A DNA stretch of 64,000 nucleotides from a virus, in IMG/VR virus record IMGVR_UViG_3300006920_000040, positions 6,190 to 70,189 of that record; one strand, written 5' to 3'. Positions within the stretch are counted from its first letter, which is position 1; the number at the start of each line of letters is the position of its first letter. Below are positions 58,145 through 64,000 of the stretch, in pieces. Made by a program: the position numbers and the translations under genes. A model generated the notes under the pieces. The model was not told the DNA's origin. It made no database searches and worked only from the letters and a program-made list of their open reading frames with translations.

Positions 58145-58678
58145 TTAGTTCTTGATAATTACCTCATCCTCATAACCGAACATTTCAGGAGTTCCAATAC
58201 GAGTTCCCTTCATCCCCGCCATGACTAATATATCCGAATGATGAACACGGAATTTCTCAACACCAACCGAACCCATTGAATCCCCCACGGTGTCAACATA
58301 TTCTTTTGAGGTCGTTAATGATTTCCCCTTTATATCGGAGGGGGAATCACCCTCTCGCATTGCCCGATAGGCAGTCAAGTAACCGTCACCAGCAACGACA
58401 TCCTCTGCCTGAAACGACAAAGCGGCTTTGCTTATGTCCTGCAAGTTGTCATAGGCATCAAACATCTTCTGTTTGGAGTCACCCTCATTCAACATTATCC
58501 AGCGATCAAGATGGGGGTTTAACCTGTTATGGGCAACTTGTGCCTCTTTATCTATCTGCTCATTAGTGGGGGACACTTTATGCTCCTTACCATCTGGAGC
58601 CACCCACACCCTTTGCTTAGGCTCACCCTCAATGGATTCAAGGAACTGGGAGAGGGTTCGGTCGAACTGGGAGGGCAT
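58145..58678 (-). CDS. Leader-tagged ADP-ribosyltransferase-fold protein (R-S-E type)
   Basis: MPSQFDRTLSQFLES leader; AYRAM, SLTTS, EDEVII. Confidence 0.65.
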   Translation of the reverse strand: MPSQFDRTLSQFLESIEGEPKQRVWVAPDGKEHKVSPTNEQIDKEAQVAHNRLNPHLDRWIMLNEGDSKQKMFDAYDNLQDISKAALSFQAEDVVAGDGYLTAYRAMREGDSPSDIKGKSLTTSKEYVDTVGDSMGSVGVEKFRVHHSDILVMAGMKGTRIGTPEMFGYEDEVIIKN

Positions 58679-58732
58679 GTTGTTATTTAGTTCTTGCTAA
58701 GAAGACCAAACACCCCCATATAACCACTACAG

Positions 58733-58942
58733 ATGAACAAAATGGTAAACATAGATGTGATTGGACAAGAGCTACTTAAGAATCTGTTGGAGAAGAACCG
58801 AATCAGAGAGGTGAGGTCGGCAAACCCCGAACGCACCGACATATACCTACCCTTCCTACAATTCCTCGAAGAACAAGCGGAGCGGCTGACAAAGGTGGTT
58901 GTGGATAGCATAGAAGATGTAGATACCCCCATGGTGTATTAA
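58733..58942 (+). CDS. Hypothetical protein
   Basis: 69 aa ORF on the opposite strand between leader-tagged genes. Confidence 0.5.
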   Translation: MNKMVNIDVIGQELLKNLLEKNRIREVRSANPERTDIYLPFLQFLEEQAERLTKVVVDSIEDVDTPMVY

Positions 58943-58950
58943 TTTTATCC

Positions 58951-59613
58951 TTAGGACAGGGGATCAAAGATGACCAAACCACCATCACTGTCAAAACCAA
59001 AATTACCTGTGTGGACATCGTTCGTATAATTCCCTGTGACATCATACAAGATCTGGCCGAAGTCATAGAGTTGATCATATGTCCGGTTGTATTTCCTCAA
59101 GAAAGCATCCACTTGGTGACCAACTTCCGGCTCAATCTTATCCTGAATCATCAGGGGTATCAGACTGACAAAATTAGTCTTAGAGGGCAGACCCTCAATA
59201 TCCCACAACTCCATAACAACATTGGCGTTGGTGCTACGATCAACCTTAAGCTTCGCCATGACATATAAGTCAATCCCATAGGGACCAAAGTCATTCGTAT
59301 AATCAACGGTCTTGTGAGCGACGATGTTGGGGAGAATAGGATTATCATACTTCACCGTCTGTTTAGCAAACTCTCGGAACTTATCATCATCATAAGAAAC
59401 CTTAACAACAAAACCCCCATCAGGACCACCATATACTCTGGCGAAGGCACCCTTACCCAACTGAAAACCATGAACATCGAATATATATTTTTCAACCGCC
59501 AATTTGGCCTCTCTCATGCTCTCCTTGTCCTTGATTAAAGACTCAAGATCGACAACGATGGACTGGGCGACTGACAATCGCTCAGTTAGGAAGTAGGATT
59601 TAAAGGACTGCAT
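58951..59613 (-). CDS. Leader-tagged protein-kinase-fold enzyme
   Basis: MQSFKSYFLTE leader (start 59613); LGKGAFARVY, VVKV, DVHTGN, IFDP. Confidence 0.85.
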   Translation of the reverse strand: MQSFKSYFLTERLSVAQSIVVDLESLIKDKESMREAKLAVEKYIFDVHGFQLGKGAFARVYGGPDGGFVVKVSYDDDKFREFAKQTVKYDNPILPNIVAHKTVDYTNDFGPYGIDLYVMAKLKVDRSTNANVVMELWDIEGLPSKTNFVSLIPLMIQDKIEPEVGHQVDAFLRKYNRTYDQLYDFGQILYDVTGNYTNDVHTGNFGFDSDGGLVIFDPLS

Positions 59614-59621
59614 AGTAATAT

Positions 59622-60275
59622 TTATACTGGATGCACAACCCAAGCACCAATGGTATCATAATCTTGTTCTTGTGCATATGTGATACGATGATTGCCGTCT
59701 AATATCTTATACACCCCATCTATCAACTCCAAGGTGACAGGCGGAATACCTCTCAGGAAGGACATTTCATATTCCCGCCAATCATATCCACCATCATCTT
59801 GTTCATACTCGCTTACGAACTCTTGTATTCTATTCTCCAGTTCAACCACATTTCCCAACCACATTTCCCAGTCTTCGGGATCTTCCACATAATCGTCGTA
59901 TTGTTGTATATAATCTTGATACTCGTCCACGTCACTTGCGAATTCATCATCAACCTCTCCGTTTTCTGTTAGTTTCTCCAGTTTTCTGAGTTTGGCTTGA
60001 AGTCGGGGGAATTTGTCGCCAATGAACCACCCCCAGTGTAGTGTGGAGAACTCATCTAATGTGTCTTGTGTTTCCTGTCTACCATATTGTTCTGCTAACT
60101 GGGGGGTTAGTTCGTCCAAGTCCACCTCTTCTCTTGTGATGTTACTCACAGGCATGCCGTAGAACTCCGCCACGGTGTTCTTATCCCACTTGCCACTCAC
60201 TTGGACATCCTCCTTATCCCAATCGACGGGGACCGATTTTGACTCGGTTAGGAAGTATTCTTTGAAAGACTGCAT
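59622..60275 (-). CDS. Leader-tagged acidic protein with ParB/Srx-like domain
   Basis: MQSFKEYFLTES leader; PPVTL...ILDGNHRI. Confidence 0.75.
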   Translation of the reverse strand: MQSFKEYFLTESKSVPVDWDKEDVQVSGKWDKNTVAEFYGMPVSNITREEVDLDELTPQLAEQYGRQETQDTLDEFSTLHWGWFIGDKFPRLQAKLRKLEKLTENGEVDDEFASDVDEYQDYIQQYDDYVEDPEDWEMWLGNVVELENRIQEFVSEYEQDDGGYDWREYEMSFLRGIPPVTLELIDGVYKILDGNHRITYAQEQDYDTIGAWVVHPV

Positions 60276-60295
60276 GTTGATATTTACTCCTCAGA

Positions 60296-60730
60296 TTAAT
60301 TACCCTTCAAATAACGAGGATTGATAATAATCAACTCACTCTCATCATCACCCGCACCACGAAGCTTAGTAGTGTCAATAACCCCCTCATAAGAGAAATC
60401 AGAAAGAGGGAAGGTGTATCGCCCATAAAACTTAGCATTGCGTTTAGCCACCTCTGGATCTTTATGGAAAGTGAAACTAATGGCTGGATCGGAACTCACA
60501 CCATCATCACCCCGAAAAGCATTCTTAAGTTTCCATGCAGGGGGTGATATCTTCTTTTTGTGCCCATCCGAGAGAGAACTGTATAACTCAGCCAAATATG
60601 CCCTTGGGGCATAACCACCAACGGGAACGGTCTGGTATTCGATGACCGTGTCAAGGAATTCCTTCGGGTCGGTGGTCTTTATGGTCTCCTCGATAAGCGA
60701 GAGAGTTTGTCCGAACTTGGATTGGTGCAT
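60296..60730 (-). CDS. Leader-tagged ADP-ribosyltransferase-fold protein (R-S-E type)
   Basis: MHQSKFGQTLSLIEET leader; AFRGD, ISFT, ESELII. Confidence 0.6.
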   Translation of the reverse strand: MHQSKFGQTLSLIEETIKTTDPKEFLDTVIEYQTVPVGGYAPRAYLAELYSSLSDGHKKKISPPAWKLKNAFRGDDGVSSDPAISFTFHKDPEVAKRNAKFYGRYTFPLSDFSYEGVIDTTKLRGAGDDESELIIINPRYLKGN

Positions 60731-60785
60731 AGTAATATTTAGAGCCGTTTGTTACGATTTAACAGATCTTAAATTGGGGAATGCC

Positions 60786-61640
60786 CTAAACACTAGCGAA
60801 TTTTATGTCTCGCTTGGGTGTTCTCATATTCTTACCAAGTAAACCCTCTCGGTTCATTTTCCGAACAATCTCTTTCGAGAACTCATCCAGATCCTCTTGG
60901 GGCAATTTACTGGTTGCATTTCTATATGCTTGCCTCAAAGAAGAATGTTTATTGAATAAATTAACGAATGATAGCTTATCCCAGTCTTTTTCAGAAACCC
61001 CCCTTTTGACTTGAGACATTTGATGAATAAAGGACTCAATCTCATGAGGACTGGTATTTCGAAATTTAACCATATCACGGGGTGTGGGCTTGACATTAAC
61101 CCGACTTAGTGCTTTGGACACCTTATTTTCATAGAGTGCCTCCTCCAACCAGTGAGTCAATTCATGTGCAATTGTCCCTTTTATTCGCTGGGCGCTGAAC
61201 TCATTCGTTATATTGGGGTATTCCGCTATTATTTCTTTGTTACCCAAACCCGCTTTACCCAGAACATCAATAGCATTGGAGTTAAGTGCAATATAAAGTT
61301 TACCTTCAGCGGGATTGTAATGACTGGGACCACTGGCAACCAAGTATATCTTAATCGGTTTGTTGTCATGCGCTCTGTCGGATACCTCAGAAGGCAAGTC
61401 ACCACTACGGATTGGACCCACCATAAGAGGGGACCCCCTATCATAAAGATGTCTGGGGTTTTTAGCATATTCCTCAAGGTGATCACTCACCCCCAATTCA
61501 TCAAAAAGATAATCCACATCCTCATCAATATCAAACAAACTCTCCAGAACCAATTCCTGATGAGCCTCAATAAGAACATCCACCCCACCATAGTGACACA
61601 TCTGCTCCTCGATAGTGGATATTAGATTCTCAAATTTCAT
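60786..61640 (-). CDS. Leader-tagged HExxH zinc metallopeptidase
   Basis: MKFENLISTIEE leader; TIAHELTHW...SPHEIES. Confidence 0.78.
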   Translation of the reverse strand: MKFENLISTIEEQMCHYGGVDVLIEAHQELVLESLFDIDEDVDYLFDELGVSDHLEEYAKNPRHLYDRGSPLMVGPIRSGDLPSEVSDRAHDNKPIKIYLVASGPSHYNPAEGKLYIALNSNAIDVLGKAGLGNKEIIAEYPNITNEFSAQRIKGTIAHELTHWLEEALYENKVSKALSRVNVKPTPRDMVKFRNTSPHEIESFIHQMSQVKRGVSEKDWDKLSFVNLFNKHSSLRQAYRNATSKLPQEDLDEFSKEIVRKMNREGLLGKNMRTPKRDIKFASV

Positions 61641-61647
61641 GTAATTT

Positions 61648-61678
61648 TAATTATAGGAGAATTGGGCGGGTATGTCAA
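61648..61678 (-). promoter_or_regulatory. Consensus sigma70 promoter overlapping a TAATTA late box
   Basis: TTGACA-17-TATAAT(TA). Confidence 0.7.
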
Positions 61679-61684
61679 CAACTA

Positions 61685-62153
61685 TTATTCACTCATTTCA
61701 CCGTCTTCACCAAAGAAGTTCTCATAATCCAAATAAGTGCTATCGGTGTCAATGGAATCAGGATTCAACTTAACATCAGGCAACTTCTTCCAAGTGTAAC
61801 CGCCACCCTCCTCATACTCATACGGACTAAGCCCTATTCTATAAACCTCTTTAGACTTGTGGTTCACAATATACAAGTCAGTATGAAACTCATATTCATC
61901 ATACTAGGTGAACGGCTCCCAATCAGAAAAAGGGGTGCCTTCCACAAGCTCACCAAATACATCACCCATAGAAGATGCCACATTGTCACAGATGCCACCA
62001 TTCCCGTAATCACACGAATACCCCCTCTTCATCCTGCTCCCAGTCATCATAGACCTGTTGCGCACCAGCAATGAGTTGCGGCTTAATACTGTTGATGAAG
62101 TCTTCAATGGAACCAGTGGACTCAGTTAAGAAGTAGGATTTGAAAGATTGCAT
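61685..62153 (-). pseudogene. Leader-tagged gene disrupted by an extra base in a G5 run (62021-62025) and an in-frame TAG (61904-61906)
   Basis: MQSFKSYFLTESTG...DEEG / YSCDYGNGGICDNVA...PFT*YDEYEFH...EEGGGYTWKK. Confidence 0.75.
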
Positions 62154-62230
62154 AATGATATTTAGGAAATACCTTATAGGGTAGATCGTGTTCTCTCGGA
62201 ACTCGTATTAATATCGAGATACACCAAACC

Positions 62231-62238
62231 TATAAATA
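62231..62238 (+). promoter_or_regulatory. T4-type late promoter TATAAATA
   Basis: Exact T4 late consensus, 5 nt before ATG 62244. Confidence 0.8.
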
Positions 62239-62243
62239 CCTGT

Positions 62244-64000
62244 ATGCAAAGCTTCAAAGAATTTTTTGATGAGTCACTTCTATTAGAAGCCAAAGATCCC
62301 CAAGCTTATGTTGAAGAATTATTCGGAAGCTTTTTTGATTTGTTTGAAGTATATAAAGAGGATTTACATTTCTCCCCCCAATTTGAACATTATCTGGAAA
62401 ATACAAAAAATATTATTGAAAGTTCGTTTGGGTATTTGCGTTCCTCAGACAGAATTAACTTCTTCGCACCCTTCTTCATGTTCGCCTTGTTGAATAAAAC
62501 TTCGGGTTACGTGGATGTTATCAACCCAAAAACAGAATTTACCAAAAAGTTAAAACGAATTGACAATAATAATCAGAAAAAGATCGACGTTGGGTCACAG
62601 ACTAATATGAGTATTAACAATATGGCAGATACCATTAAGCATTATTTTAGAGACCAAGCTAACATCCAGACAATCCAAGCCTACACGTTCGGTAATAAGC
62701 CGAGAAATTATAATGATCGTATTGGGGATTTAGAACTCCTCGAAAATAAGTTTAACGAGAAGGCGGGTAAGGTTCTCGACCCTGCTCAAGATGATCCCGA
62801 GGGAACCGAGCTTATCACAAAATTAGTAGATAGCAAGAAGGTGTATTTTGAGTGGGTCAATTTATACACGGAAAATTGCCCCACAAAAGAAGCCCAATTA
62901 ATGAATCATTGTGGGTCTAGTGATAAAGCAGATACCATGTTTTCATTGAGAAGAGCTTTTAATAAACAAGAATTGACTAATTTGGGTATTACCCAGAAAG
63001 AAGGTAGACTTTTAAGAAAACCCGTAATAACTTTTGCAATGGAATATGATGGCGATTCATATATCCTAGTGGAATCACACGGAATTTCAAATTCCAAACC
63101 ACAAGTAGAATTCCATGAAGCGATTGTTGCGTTGTTTGAAACTAAAATAATTTCCGGCATTAATCAAAGGGGTGCATATAGTAAGGGAACTACTTTTAAG
63201 CTTGATGATCTTTCTCCAGAATTAAGAGCCAGAGTGGAAGAAGCAAATCCCGATCTTGAGGAAGAAGCAGCTCCTATTTTTGAAGAAGAAGAAATTAAGC
63301 GTGCGGAGCAACTAATCGAGAATGTGGATTTACCTGAAGGGGTTGCGGTTTATATGGATGAAGATTCGGATGCGTACGCGGACGATGATTATACCGATAA
63401 ATACGGTATCCCTTATCGAATTGATTGGGGGTATGAAATAGATATGTCTCAGTTTAACCTTGATACATCCACATTGGAATGGGATAATATTAAATCAAAA
63501 TTAAACATACACGATAACACCGAGTGGGGATCTGGTGGGGATTCAGAAGATGTAGATATATTATCGGTTAGGTTACACGAACCGATAACAGCTTACCCTT
63601 CAGAAGATAACCTATATGTAACAGTTAATGGTGCTATTGATGACGCAAGGGGCAGTTATGAAACTTTCATCGAAGACATATTACCCCTTATTATTACAAA
63701 CTACGGACCCGAAACCAGCTCCGAGATTGAAGAGTATTTTGAAAACTTTAAGGAAATTAAAGATGACTTAGATGTTGAAGTGGGAATTACCCCTGATGGG
63801 CTTATTTATAAGCACGAAATTACTACGAATTTAAACACGGTAGAAATGCCCCAAAAATCAACACTGGTTAACTGGATTCGTAAGTGGAACAAAGATGATA
63901 TTTTGGATAAGACATTACCGAAAAGCCGTAATAAAAACGACTTCGATCCAAACCAAATGGAATTTGAATTTCCTGAAAGACAAATGGTTGAAGAACATTC
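62244..64000 (+). CDS. Large leader-tagged protein with PcfJ-like domain, 3' partial (absent from the ORF track)
   Basis: MQSFKEFFDESLLLEAK; EAQLMNHCG...FSLR...PVITF...ESHGISNSKP; acidic region follows, apparently open to the window end. Confidence 0.75.
   Translation, partial: MQSFKEFFDESLLLEAKDPQAYVEELFGSFFDLFEVYKEDLHFSPQFEHYLENTKNIIESSFGYLRSSDRINFFAPFFMFALLNKTSGYVDVINPKTEFTKKLKRIDNNNQKKIDVGSQTNMSINNMADTIKHYFRDQANIQTIQAYTFGNKPRNYNDRIGDLELLENKFNEKAGKVLDPAQDDPEGTELITKLVDSKKVYFEWVNLYTENCPTKEAQLMNHCGSSDKADTMFSLRRAFNKQELTNLGITQKEGRLLRKPVITFAMEYDGDSYILVESHGISNSKPQVEFHEAIVALFETKIISGINQRGAYSKGTTFKLDDLSPELRARVEEANPDLEEEAAPIFEEEEIKRAEQLIENVDLPEGVAVYMDEDSDAYADDDYTDKYGIPYRIDWGYEIDMSQFNLDTSTLEWDNIKSKLNIHDNTEWGSGGDSEDVDILSVRLHEPITAYPSEDNLYVTVNGAIDDARGSYETFIEDILPLIITNYGPETSSEIEEYFENFKEIKDDLDVEVGITPDGLIYKHEITTNLNTVEMPQKSTLVNWIRKWNKDDILDKTLPKSRNKNDFDPNQMEFEFPERQMVEEH

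Noticed and set aside
57618-60275. Plasmid-like ParAB partition system
   Set aside because: No ParA, HTH or parS repeats seen; both genes carry the cargo leader.
1-64000. Genome-wide stop-codon reassignment (TAG or TGA)
   Set aside because: nrdB and the gp25-like gene end at TAG at the expected length, many genes end at TGA in ATGA overlaps, and long core genes are intact in code 11.
1-64000. tRNA, rRNA, integrase, transposase, reverse transcriptase/DGR
   Set aside because: None recognised by eye and intergenic gaps are short; tRNAscan/Infernal would be needed to exclude small RNAs.

Overview
64 kb of a large T4-like (myovirus-type) dsDNA phage genome. It carries baseplate and tail genes (gp6-, gp25-, gp27-, gp48- and gp19/54-like, tail collar), nrdAB, DNA ligase, clamp loader, an amidase endolysin, a nucleotide-sugar/glycosyltransferase set, repair and modification enzymes, and many small accessory ORFs. 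I found no tRNA, rRNA, CRISPR array or transposase. Main observations: (1) At least 11 genes (37.4 kb and 54.5-64 kb) put unrelated enzymatic domains (several ADP-ribosyltransferase folds, GNAT, kinase, two ParB-like, HExxH peptidases, PcfJ-like) behind a shared short N-terminal leader that resembles the T4 capsid-targeting/gp21-cleaved propeptide. Each has its own late-promoter box, suggesting a modular array of head-packaged, co-injected effectors. (2) A TAA(A/T)TA box lies exactly 5 nt before the start codon of 17 genes, and sigma70-type promoters abut many early starts, implying largely leaderless mRNAs. One palindromic box serves two divergent genes. (3) Several accessory ORFs are interrupted by in-frame UGA/UAG, a candidate -1 frameshift or a 28-bp duplication. 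All functional calls come from motif recognition by eye, not database searches.
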